Shown here: in pieces, positions 13,229 through 26,149 of the stretch
How the letters are laid out: every line of letters starts with the position of its first letter
Numbering within the stretch: position 1 is the first letter of the stretch
Position numbers and translations under genes: made by a program
The notes under the pieces: generated by a model
Databases searched by the model: none
The model's input: only the letters and a program-made list of their open reading frames with translations
Told to the model about the DNA's origin: nothing
Source: the human T2T-CHM13v2.0 reference genome, Homo sapiens
Assembly (NCBI RefSeq): GCF_009914755.1
Contig: NC_060928.1
Direction: 5' to 3' (one strand)
DNA length: 64,000 bases

Positions 13229-15912
13229 TAATATATACTTGCGGAAATATAGGAAGCATGAGTGGTAATGGATTTTAAAGTTGTTAGACCAAGTAAGGCA
13301 GAATATAAACTAGATTGGGCTAAATTCATTGATATGGATGTATTTAATAGAGACTCCAGGTTTAATGTATTGGCTTGTGCAGTTAGATGTGTTTTTAAAC
13401 ACTTACTTAGACGTTTGAGTGACTGTGAACTCACTGGAGCATCCATTTAGTGAAATTGAGATGCCAGAGCTTTTCTGACATTATATGAGAAGAGAATCCT
13501 AAGGCTTGGGGAGATAGAAATGTTGGGCTGAATTTATCATGCATGATCCACATGGGAGATGGGTATCTCACAACTACATTCCATAAGGAGATCTAGAAAA
13601 CACTCTTTTCACTAAGGTATTGATAAATACATCAGTGACAGAAGCAGCTCTAAAAGGCTCTGTGATTGACTCCATTGTAAGCCATGAATGGCTGTAGGAA
13701 ATGCCACCATTGAGATAGTCTACTTGATTTCAAAAAAAGATTACAGAAGAGCAGAGGCAAAACAGCCACACTTAAAGTAATCAAAGTCAAGGTGGACACA
13801 TCATCCAACAACGGAAACAGGGACGTGGCAGTAATTAGCATGCTTTGACCTGCAGAGAATTTTAGTGATGGCTAATTGATCACAGTGTCCCTAGGAATGA
13901 GATAGACAGCTTGGTAGCATATTGCTTGATTTGCATAACAGGAAAAACTTTAAGTCTGGCAGCAAGAAACCTGACTTGGGTTGCTAAAGTGAAAAATGTA
14001 GCTTCTCATCCAGTTTCCAAATCTAAGTCTGTTCACAGATCCAGAGCCTCTTGACTGCAGGGGAGTCCTAGTCTCCTTGAAGAAGGACACTGCACTATTG
14101 CTGCAAGTACATATTAACATCTTTCTGTAGGCCTTCCCAAAGGGACCTCAGCCATTTACTAAAGTGACTGTGCACTGGGGAAAGGACTTTTCAGGGATTA
14201 CTAGACACTGGCTCTGAATTGAAGCTTAATCCTGGTGACTTGCAATGCTTCTGTGGTCCACATGTCAACAAGGGGCCTATAATCACCAAATGGAGTCTTA
14301 TGTATGAATCATAGTTATCCCAGTAGGTCTGCATACAAATCCTTTTGTTATTTTCCCAGATCCTGAATATATAACTAGAATAAACTAACTTGACAACTGT
14401 TAGAATACCCACATTGGCTACTTGACTTATGTGGTGAGCCATGATGTGGGAAGGGCTACATAGAAGCCCTTTGAACTTCCTCTCCCTGATAATATAGAAT
14501 TTGAAATTAGAAGCAATTCCACAGACCTGGGAGAATGCAGAAATTAGCGCCACCCTGAAGACTTAAAAGAGGCATGGGTAGCAATGCCTATCACATCCCC
14601 ACTTAATTCACCAGTTTGACCTATGCAGAAATCAGATGAATGATTGAACTATCAAAACTTTAATCAGGTGTTTACTGCTATGTATTGAGTGAAAATTATT
14701 ACATGGACAAAACTATAATCCTTTATGGGAAGTTGGTAACAGTTTGGATGGATCGTCATGGATTTGAAGGAAAAAACTTTGAAGATCGATGAAAAGAAAG
14801 TGTGACAAAGAAGTATGTAGATATATCTCTCAGAATAGATAGAGACTATAAAAATTTTGTGTCCCATGTGAGTGCCCACCACAAAGGGCATCCATCACAG
14901 AGTAAACTCTTAATAGTCAGAGTTGACAAACAACAACAAGAATGAGTAAATAAATAAATTGGTAGACAAAATGACAAGTGTGTGGATGTCAGTCAGCTTG
15001 TTTGCCCCACTATATTAGCTCTTACTCAATGGGTTCATGAACAAAGTGGTCACAATTGTATGGACAGAAGCTATGCATAGGCTAAACATCCAGGACTTTC
15101 TTAGACAAACTCTGACCTGGTTATCACTACTGCCAAGTGACTAATCTGTCCACACTGGGCTAAACCTTAAATCTCCCATACAACACCATTTCATGGGGTG
15201 ATCAGAAGATAAGCCTACCATCTGGTGGCAGATTAATTACATTTTAATTCATCCATGATGAACAGAATATACGAAGATTTTACCTCAGTGGAGAAGACAT
15301 ATATTCTGGATGTGGATTTTCCTTCACATCTCATAATGTTTCTACAAGCACCATTGTCTGTAGAGTCATGGAATGTCTTATATACCATTATGATGTTTCA
15401 TACAGCATTGTGGCAAACAAGAAAGTCATTCCTTGCGAAGAAAGTGAAGTGATGAGCTCATATCTGTGGAATCAACTAACTTCTCATGTATCCCATCATC
15501 CAGAAGTAGCTACCCTTATTGAATGGTAGAATGGTTTAGTGAAGACACAGTTATGGCTCCACTTGAGAAATAACACCCTGAAAGGATGGAGTTATCTTTT
15601 AGAGAATATTGTTTATGCTTTGAATCAGAGATTGTTTTATGGTGCTACTTTTGCCACAGGCAGAATACATGAGTCCAGGAATTAAGTGATAGAAGTGGGA
15701 ATGGTGACTCTCACAATTACAACTAATTATACTTGCAGGATTTTCTTACCCTGGCAGCTATACATTCTGCTGGCTTGAAGATTTTAGTCCCCAAAAAGAA
15801 AATGCTTTCAACAGAGAAACAACAAAAGTTTCACTGAATCAGAAGTTGAGATTTCCATCGGACCATTTTGGGCTTCTTATGTCATTGAACCAAAAAGGCA
15901 AAAAGAGAGATA

Positions 15913-16208
15913 GGCCAGTTGCAGTGGCTCATGCCTGTAATCCCAGTACTTTGGGAGGCCAAGGTTGGAGGATTGTTGAGGCCAGGAGTTTTAGACCAGC
16001 TCTGGGCAACAGAGCAAGAGCCCGTCTCTACAAAAAATATAAAAAAATTAGCTGGGCATGGTGGTATATTCCTGTAATCCCAGCTACTTGAGAGGCTGAG
16101 GTAGGAGGATTGCTTGAGCCCAGGAGTTTGAGGTTGCAGTAAGCTAGGATCCCACTACTGCACTCTTGTGTGAGCGACAGAATAAGACTCCCATCTCTTT
16201 AAAAAAGA
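15913..16208 (+). mobile_element. Alu (AluJ-type) inserted in the ERV-L dUTPase region
   Basis: J-type GGAGGATTGCTTGAGCCCAGGAGTTTGAGGTTGCAG. TSD AAAAG[A/G]GAGATA at 15901-15912 and 16209-16220. Confidence 0.94.
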
Positions 16209-16930
16209 AAAAGGGAGATAATCTACTAGATAAAATGACTGATCCTAATTACCAAGGGGAAATTGTGGTTGCTGCTTGCACGACAGAACCAAGTCTGGAA
16301 CCAATGAGATTATCTAGGGTGCCTCTTAGCATTGCCACATCTAACAGTAAAGGTAAATGAAAAACTAAAGCAACCTAAGTTAAAGCATGGTGACTGAAGA
16401 TTCACAACATTTGAAAATAAATATTTGGGTTGCTCCACCAGGTAAAAGAAACAAGAGAAGCATATGTTCTGGCTGAAGTCAAAGAAAATATTGAATGGAC
16501 AGTTAAAGAAGAAAGCCCTGGATATCACCTACAATCTTGTAGCCAATGTAGTTGCAACAGGGAATGTATTTGCTTTGCATATTTTTCCTATGTGGGTTAT
16601 TTTCTCTCTCCTTCCCATTTCTTTTTCTAAATTTATTTTCTGCATGAATTATTAGAGATGAAATTTACAATTTAGTCTTTAGGTAACAGAATATTCTGTA
16701 GGACCATGACTAAATTCAAGGAGTAATCAATATTGTCTTCAATGGAAAACAAACCTGTTGGGATTTTGTGTGTTTTCAACTTAGAGTGAGATCTTCTTCA
16801 CCTTAAAAAAAAAAAAAAGATATATCCTTCTTGTTAAGTGAGAATAACTGGTTATATTGTTTTACTGTTGGAAGAGACTTAAAATATGTGTGGAAGAGCA
16901 TATCCAAGCTAAACAGCCAAAGGGGTGGAG

Positions 16931-17770
16931 TACTTCAATTATCAATTTGCCCCTCAGCTCAGTGCAACTTCTAATATATGCCCTGTGATAAACAAAGGAA
17001 TTATATTTAGCATTTACTCAATTAAAGTGAACACAATATCAATTTTTCTTAGTAAAAGGCACTGGGGGGACATTGCAGAAGGAAGAAGCTCTCCTGCAGT
17101 TTCTGGCTGCAGCACAGGAGTTGGAAGTGTGGGTGTGAGTATATCTGGTTTACCTTCATGAGCCATGAGCCTAGAACCAGGTCCCTCTGGAGCCGTGCAG
17201 CCTCAACCTGAAAATAATCTTTCCATAACCCTTTCAGCATGGAAACTGACAACCAAAGACGTCCATCCTACACCTGTACCTTCACTCTCTCTTCTAGTTA
17301 CTGTATGGTCCTAGTGCAGCCTGTTTGCAGCTCAGAAGTTTTACACTAGCCAAACTACTGCTCTTTCTGCAAGCCCCTGCGCAGCTCAACTGGTGTTTGG
17401 AAGGATCTCATTCCCTCTGTGTGCCCACTGAGTGCTCATACCCTGTTACTGATTTTCTGCTCTCCACCTATATTCTGGAGACTTTCTTGTTGTTTGTCCT
17501 GTTACAAAAGGTCATCTCCAGGAACTTGGCCAAAGCAGCAAACTTCTCTTCTTTTTGATGTGCTAAACTATACCTCCTCCACCCTGTTCTAAATTGCTTC
17601 CAAATTTTTTCTTCCTTCAGTGCTCTCCCATAGCCCTAGGTTACAATGTCTAGTTTCTTTGCACTTTTTAGTTATTCTTTAATCATAGCTAATAATTATT
17701 TATTTTAAACTTCTGCTACATTTAACCTACTCTGTGATTTCTGTCTTCTGATTGGACCCAGACTGCTATA
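16931..17770 (+). mobile_element. ERVL 3' LTR (LTR41-like)
   Basis: Directly follows the PPT. AATTTGCCCCTCAGCTC, AGTAAAAGGCACTGGGGG..CATTGCAGAAGGAAG and terminal TTTCTGTCTTCTGATTGGACCCAGACTGCTATA match the LTR41 family as I recall it. Confidence 0.75.
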
Positions 17771-19445
17771 GCCATATTAAAAGATTAAAAAAGAAAAACT
17801 ACATGATCATCTTAGTAGATTTAGAAAAAGCACTTAAAATATTCAACATCAATTCCTGACCAAAAAAAAAAAAATATTGAATTAGGAATAATGAAACTTC
17901 TTCAACCTGATAGGGCATTCTACACAGCATTCTAGTTAATATTGAAAGACTAAATGCTTTTACCATATATTAAAAACAAAGAATAGATCTCTGATCTCAT
18001 GACTCTTATTCAATACTGAATTTAACGTTCTAGTCAGTGCAATAAGGTGAGATACACAGATAAGTAGACAGATCAGATAAACAGACAGATATCCTGTGCA
18101 GAAAGAAGTAAAACTGGCTTTACTTGCAGATGACACAATCATCTATGTGAAAAATCTTATGAATCTGCAAAAATAGCTACTAGAATCAATAAGTGAGTTT
18201 TACAAGGTTGTATAATACAAAATCAATATATAAAACTCAACTATATTTCTATATAGTAGCAATGAACAATTAGAGAACATAACTTTTAAAAAGAATATCA
18301 TTTAAAATAGTATCAAAATGTATGAAATACTTAAGGATCTATCTGACAAAAAATGTTTAAGAGCTGCACACTGGGAACTATAAAACACTGTTGAGAGAAA
18401 AAAAAATCCCAAATAAATGGACAGATTGTTTATTCAATAAGTGTTGCTGGCACAACAGTAAAACCATGGAAAGAAAACAACAATACCACAACTACAAAAT
18501 AAATTATTATTTAATTTACACCTAACACCATATAGAAAACATAACTTAAGGTGAATCATTAACTTAATGGTAAAACCTAATATAATACTGGTATAACTTG
18601 TACAAGAAAACACAGGAGAATTTTTTGTGACATTGGGTCAAAGATTTCTTATATAGCACCAAAGCCATGATTCACGAGACAAAGGATTGATGAATTGAAT
18701 TGGATTTCATCAAAACTGAAAACTGCTACTCTTTAAAAGACACTGGAGAATAGAAACACAAAACATTGGCACAGAGAAAATATTTGCAAATCAAATATCT
18801 GACAAAGGACTTGTACTCTAAATATGTAAAGATTTCTCACAAATAAATAATTACAAAACATACTGGCTAACATAAAATGGGTTAAAATCTGTACCTAGAA
18901 CCTAATATAAAATGGACTAAATATACAACCTAAGGCAAAATGGGCTAAAATCTGTACCACTTCATCAAAGATGACATACAGGTGTCAATACGTGAAAAGT
19001 TGGTTTAACATTATCAGTCATTAAGAAAATACAAACTACAACTTCATTAAGATTGATATGGTTAGGCTTTGTGTCCCCACCCAAATTTCATCTTGAATTA
19101 TAATCCTCATAATCCCCATAATCCACACGTGTCAATAAAATAAAACATACATTCATACAAAGATTTATACACAAATATTCTTAACAGCTTTATTTGCAAT
19201 AGCTCAAAAATTTAAAAAAAAATGCCATTCAACAGGTAAAAATGATAAACAAATTGTCCTTAAAAGAAGAATGAATTATTGATACATGCAACAATATGGA
19301 TGAATGTCAAGTTAATTATGTTGTTTGCAGGTAGTCAGATGAAAATGAGAACATACTGTATTATTCTATTTATGTAAAATTTTGGAAAAGGCAAACTAAT
19401 CTATAGTGACTGAGTGCAGATTAATCATTGCCAGTTGCATGATGA
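17771..19445 (+). mobile_element. Old L1M fragment: decayed ORF2 RT to 3' UTR with internal deletions
   Basis: HIKRLKKKNYMIILVDLEKA (cf. HINRTKDKNHMIISIDAEKA) at about 17773; LLADDTIIYV (FADD motif) at about 18120; 3' UTR AAAGGCAAACTAATCTATAGTGAC. Confidence 0.88.
19054..19134 (+). mobile_element. MSTA-like LTR 5' stub inside the L1
   Basis: TGATATGGTTAGGCTTTGTGTCCCCACCCAAATTTCATCTTGAATTATAATCC matches the MSTA/THE1 LTR start, then L1 sequence resumes abruptly. Confidence 0.85.
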
Positions 19446-19787
19446 GTGGGAGGCAAGACAGAGTGAAGGTGATTGTTTCACAAGTCTGGCTGTGAATGGG
19501 AAAAGAATGGGGGCTGAATGGAAATTTGTAGTCCAAAAGTATTATCATCAGGTGGAAAGATTAAGTATGTTTTAGTGCTGATGGGAAGAAACAAATAGAG
19601 TTTGGAGATATAAAGAGTGGGAATAAGTGAGTAGAGAACTGGGAAGAACAGGGAGGTTGAATGGCAGGGTTCTTTATGGTCAAAAACAGAAGTTTGGATG
19701 GTGGGAACTGCAAGGTTGCTGAGGGCTCCTTGGTCAAGAAGCTGGCTATTCCAGAGGATGCAGGGGCAGTTTCCACAGCAAGGTGAT

Positions 19788-20184
19788 TGTATTAGTCTAT
19801 TCTCACACTGCTATAAAGAACTACCTGAAACTGGGTAATTTATAAAGAAAAGAGGTTCAATTTGCTCACAGTTCCAGAAGCTGTACAGGGAGCATGGCTG
19901 GGGAGGCCTTAGAAAATTTACAATAATGACCGAAGGTAAAGGGGAAGCCGGCATGTCCTACATGGCTGGAGCAGGAGGAAGAGAGAGCAAAGGGGAAGTA
20001 CCACACACTTTCAAACAACCAGATCTTGTGAGAACTCTATCACGAAACAGTATTAGGAGGATGGTGCTAAACCATTAGAAACCATTCCCATGATCCATTC
20101 ACCTCCCACCAGGCTCCACATCCAACATTCAGGATCACAATTCAATATGAGATTTGGGTGGGAACACAGAACCAAACCATATCA
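19788..20184 (-). mobile_element. MaLR solo LTR (MSTA-like)
   Basis: TGTATTAGTCTATTCTCACACTGCTATAAAGAACTACCTGAAACTGGG...CCAAACCATATCA. TSD GTGAT/ATGAT. Confidence 0.92.
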
Positions 20185-20638
20185 ATGATTATTAGGGTTT
20201 GGATGAGGAAGATTTGGGGTCAGGGTGGAATGAGGATATGTGTGCCCTAGAGGCCTGATGGGGCTTTGCAATGCCAGGCCCAGAGGTGGCCCAGGATGAC
20301 TAGGAATTAAAGATCAGCATTTGGCTTTACTCTTTAACTCCTGGTGTTCCAGATCTCTTTAAGACTTTAACCAAAGCATCACAAATCTTAGCCAACATCT
20401 TTGGGCATTTCTCCATTCTTCTGGTATCTCAGTGTCCCATCTGCAACAATTTCTTCTCTTCCCGATCTACATTTGCTGATCTGTGGCTAACATCCATTAC
20501 ACAGTAAGGACTCTGGCTGGGCAGTCTTCACTTTCAGTTTCTCGTTGTTTGCCGCAAGATATCTGGTCTCCCTCAAAGAACACTTTCCAAGCCTGATTCA
20601 AAGAAAAAAACTTCACAAAGCTTTTATAAATGAGCCTC

Positions 20639-20911
20639 AGCTGAGTGTGGTGGCCTATGCCTGTACTCTAGAATTTTGGGGAGCTGAGGTGAGAGGATTA
20701 CTTAAGCCCAGAAGTTTGAGATCAGCCTGGGCAACATAGAGAGACCCTGTCTCTACAAAGTATAAAAACCAATTAGTCATGATGTTGTGTGTCTGTGGTC
20801 CCAACTACTCAGGAGGCTGAGATGGGAGTATCACTTGAGCCAAGGAGATTGAGGCTGCAGTGAGCCATGATTGTGCCACTGCACTCCAGTCCAGGTGACA
20901 GAATGAGTCTT

Positions 20912-20912
<1 letters not shown>
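20639..20912 (+). mobile_element. Alu (AluJ-type) lacking an A tail
   Basis: Diverged Alu dimer running directly into (TC)n(TA)n. Confidence 0.9.
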
Positions 20913-20944
<32 letters not shown>

Positions 20945-20996
20945 CTTTATATCTTCAAACTATGTATATATGTAGTGTGTGTATATATATAGTGTG

Positions 20997-21027
<31 letters not shown>
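20912..21027. repeat. (TC)n/(TA)n/(TG)n compound microsatellite
   Basis: Seen directly. Confidence 0.95.
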
Positions 21028-21299
21028 TTTGAAGATATAAAGAGTGGGAATAAGTGAGTAGAGAACTGGGAAGAAGAGGGAGGTTGAATGTCAGGGTTCT
21101 TTATGGCCAAAAACAGAAGTTTGGATGGTGGGAACTGCAAGGAAAGGAACACTTTCTTCTCTTCCCAATCTACATTCACTGGTCTGTGGCTAACATCCAT
21201 TAGACAGTAATGACTCTGACTGGGCAGTTTTCCCTTACCACATGATATCTAGGAGTCCAGACCAGATATCATGTGGTAAACAAAAACAATGAGAAAACT
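21028..21299. repeat. Patchwork local duplication of 19601-19715, 20450-20533 and (inverted) about 20535-20571
   Basis: Hand alignment: 111/115 and about 75/84 identities. Perfect 16-bp inverted repeat at 21235-21250 / 21264-21279. Confidence 0.93.
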
Positions 21300-21314
21300 C
21301 ATTGTAAAAATAGG

Positions 21315-21440
21315 AGATATATGTATATATATATACACACACACGTATATGAAGAGATAAATATATATCTATATAAATCTATCTCTCTATATATATATAT
21401 CCTATTAGATCTGTCCCTCTAGAGAACCCTGACTAATACA
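21315..21440 (+). mobile_element. (TA)n tract plus 3' terminus of an MLT2A-type (HERV-L) LTR
   Basis: TATCCTATTAGATCTGTCCCTCTAGAGAACCCTGACTAATACA is the MLT2A/B 3' end, which is normally preceded by a TA-rich tract. Confidence 0.85.
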
Positions 21441-21634
21441 CTAATTATGTGAACAAGAGATCCATATAAAAGCAAGGCAGTCTTGAGAAGAATTATGACT
21501 AAAAATGACCTAGAAAGAGAAAGAGGAATGAGGTGGAAATTTTATGTTGCCAGAAGAGCAACTCTATTCAACTAGTAAGCTTTCAATTGGTTCATTCTAA
21601 GTTCTTTGACATTAAATATTTGATACATATACAA

Positions 21635-21790
21635 AGAAGAGATTGGAATCAGGAATTTGAAGATTTGGATTCATGTTTAATCTTTGCCATTAATTGCTGA
21701 GTGACTGTGGATAGATAATCAAGTCTCAGTTTAATTATCTATAATATGGTAATAATTCAACCTGTGCCATTTATTTGTCAGAAATCAAAA
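21635..21790 (+). mobile_element. MIR fragment
   Basis: TTTGCCATTAATTGCTGAGTGACTGTGG...GTCTCAGTTTAATTATCTATAATATGG resembles the MIR core. Confidence 0.65.
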
Positions 21791-23823
21791 TAAGAAAATT
21801 TATTTGGGTCATTATTATGTATAAAACATATCACTCCAAAGATAATTATTATTTTTGATTGTTTGTATTGTTGTTAATAGGTAAATAGGAGCTATAAGGC
21901 AACCAAATAAAGATATCTTGAAAGCAAAAAGGTCTAAGGTAATGAGATGCTTGTTCTTCTCATGCAGATCTGTGTTAAATCCTTCATTTTTGTAAAGCCT
22001 TTTCATAGAGGCCCACTGGACATGTAAGATGATGATATTTCAAAGCTGGAGAGGTAGCACTATTTCTAAATTGGGAATACATGCCTGGCTGCTTCAAATA
22101 TTAATCATAAGGCAGCTATCGAATTGACAAGAAACTGAAAACTATTGTAATCCCAAACATGCTTTAAAAGAATAAATTAAAATATCAAATAAAAATAGTC
22201 CGGTAGACCTAGGTTTTGCTTTTTTCTATTTACTTATCTATTTTATATTAAGAAAGTCTACACATTATGGCAAATTATTTATTAGTCCTTTACATATTTT
22301 TTCCTTGATGATACCTCCATCCCCAAGCCAACAGAGTACATGTGTCACAATCTTGTACTTAGAGGATCATTGAATGGATCATAGTTGAACAATTTATTTG
22401 ACTCATGATGGCCATTGTAAACTACAATGTGTTTGACAAGAAGCTTTCCATACATATGCTTTTCAAAGAGAAAGACAGATTTTGAAACACGTTAATATAT
22501 TAGCTTTTCCAAGGTAATACATTTGGAGCGTTGTTGGGTTGGCTGACACAGCCCTGTATAGCCTGAGGGAGAACTGCAATGGCTGTTTTACTTTAAGATT
22601 TCATTAGATCTAAAATAGTTATATTTCAATTATGCCTCATAATAGTTCAAAGAATTTTGGAAATGCCATATAGTCTTACAACATAGGGAAAATAATCACA
22701 TGTTAATTTTAGAAATTTAGGTGTCTTAACCATAATTGCTTTGTGGATAGAAAGTAGTATCATATCCAGTGCTGATACAATCAAAATGCTGTATTTAGTC
22801 TGCATGAAACTTTTCTTCTGGGAATTATGGAATGCTCTGTCCTATTTAACATAGCATATGGACATAGACTATACTATTATTGTAGTCTTCTTTTTCTATT
22901 AAAATGCTAATGAATAAAAAGGGATTTCATTTTTATTAAGGAGGTTAGAAGTACAAGTGTGGGAGAGTGAATTAAAAACAAACCTACTGGGAGAAGAGAT
23001 AAGAATTCTAGACATCTGCGTGATTCTTTCTTCCACATATCAAATTCGGAATCATACATCCATAGGGAAGAGGAATATTAAAATACAAAAGAAAACTGAA
23101 CCCAAACTTATGAAAGAATAGCAGGTCACACCAAAAGGGTTCAATGAAAGCAAAGAATTTTCTTATTTTATTCATAAACAATGTAGATATTCATAAAACC
23201 CAGAGACACACATAGTGTGTCTTTTGTACTTTTTGTCAAAGTATAAAGACTTTTGAATTAGCTTTTGTACTTTTTGTCATTTTCTTATTTCTTTAAGAAA
23301 CATGTAATAATACCGTCACGTTATTATTCTGGGCTTTTCTCGTCATGCTCCTGCTTTTTTCTTGCTGACTTGCCTTTGCCTAATTCAATATACATTATTC
23401 CCTCCTTCTACTTGCAAAACGTTTTGTGAATCTGATCCCACCCTAATCCATATCCCAAATCCATACTTCCCTTCCAGATTTCAGCTCTGTTCAAGCATTG
23501 CTATTATATAGCTATTCAGATGGATAAATTAGGTATCCAGAAAAGCCTACAGGTTACTTCACTTTTTAAAATTGTTGTCACAAGGTTAGAAACTAGCACT
23601 TTTCCTAAAAATAAAAATGCTTTTGTGCTGACATTCAGCTGAGTTATTTGAGAGACTTCGTTTTTTATGATAATCATGAACAAAGGTGAAGAACCTAAGA
23701 GAAACTGTGCTATTCATCCTGGTCCTAGAGCGACAGGAAAAAAAGATTTTGCAAAGTTAAATGTCTCTAAAAGCCGGTTGCACAGGGTTTCTATTTCATA
23801 GCTACATACTTATAATCATTATT

Positions 23824-24188
23824 GCTATTATTAATTTTATTTTAAGTTCTGGGATACATGTGCTGAACGTGCATGTTTGTTACATAGGTATACATGTGCC
23901 ATGGTGGTTTGCTGTACCCATCAAGCTGTCATCTAGGTTTTAAGCCCTGCTTGCATTAGGTATTTGTCCTAATGCTCTCCCTTCCTTTGCCCCCCATCCC
24001 CCGACAGGCCCCTGTGTGGGATGTTCCTCTCCCTGTGTCCATGCGTCCCCATTGTTCAACTCCCACTTATGAATTAGAACATGCGGTGTTTGGTTTTTTG
24101 TTCCTGTGTTAGTTTGCTGAAAATGATGGTGTCCAGCTTCCTCCATGTCCCTGCGAAGGACATGAACTCATTCTTTTCTATGGCTGCA
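23824..24188 (-). mobile_element. L1PA 3' end (about L1PA7-PA10), 5'-truncated, with TSD
   Basis: Reverse L1PA 3' UTR TTTTAAGTTCTGGGATACATGTG...TCATCTAGGTTTTAAGCCC. Perfect 14-bp TSD TTATAATCATTATT at 23810-23823 and 24189-24202. Confidence 0.95.
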
Positions 24189-24399
24189 TTATAATCATTA
24201 TTAAGCAATAACAATTCTGAGAAAAAGCAAACAAGAACTTTTTATATTTAAAATTCCTACATAAATGTAATGTTACTTTCAAGACTTAAAACTCTTTAGC
24301 TTTAATTATTCATTTACCCTGGAAATTAAGGTTTTTAAAACAAAAATACATAAGCTTAATATCCAAATAGATTTTAACACGGATGGCCTACACATTTAA

Positions 24400-26018
<1,619 letters not shown>

Positions 26019-26149
26019 GTCTAAAATAAGAAAATCTCTTTTTTCTCCCAACTATTTTATCTCATATTCACTGTCTTAGTAAACAATAATGTAGATTCAT
26101 TCCAATTCACATACAAGAAAATTGAGAACCATCTTATATAAATCCTTCC

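Larger units (their letters stand above)
11865..16930 (+). mobile_element. ERV-L class endogenous retrovirus internal region (gag-pro-pol-dUTPase, decayed; 5' LTR not seen)
   Basis: gag-like YKLDWAKFIDMDVFNRDSRFNVLA at about 13300-13375; protease FQGLLDTGSEL at 14189-14221; RT start LKEAWVAMPITSPLNSPV at about 14562; RNase H FVSHVSAH at about 14857; integrase QWVHEQSGH at about 15026 and SHHPEVATLIEW*NGL at about 15491; dUTPase LRFPSDHFGLL at 15846; PPT AGCCAAAGGGGTGGAG before the LTR. Confidence 0.9.

Noticed and set aside
12377-13268. Possible SETMAR exon or functional transposase
   Set aside because: It has both TIRs, TA duplication, an internal deletion and several stops and frameshifts, and no SET domain is present. 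It is a dead HSMAR1 copy.
21028-21299. CRISPR-like or terminator interpretation of the local repeats and hairpins
   Set aside because: The context is eukaryotic, there is no regular repeat-spacer periodicity, and no cas-like ORFs are present.
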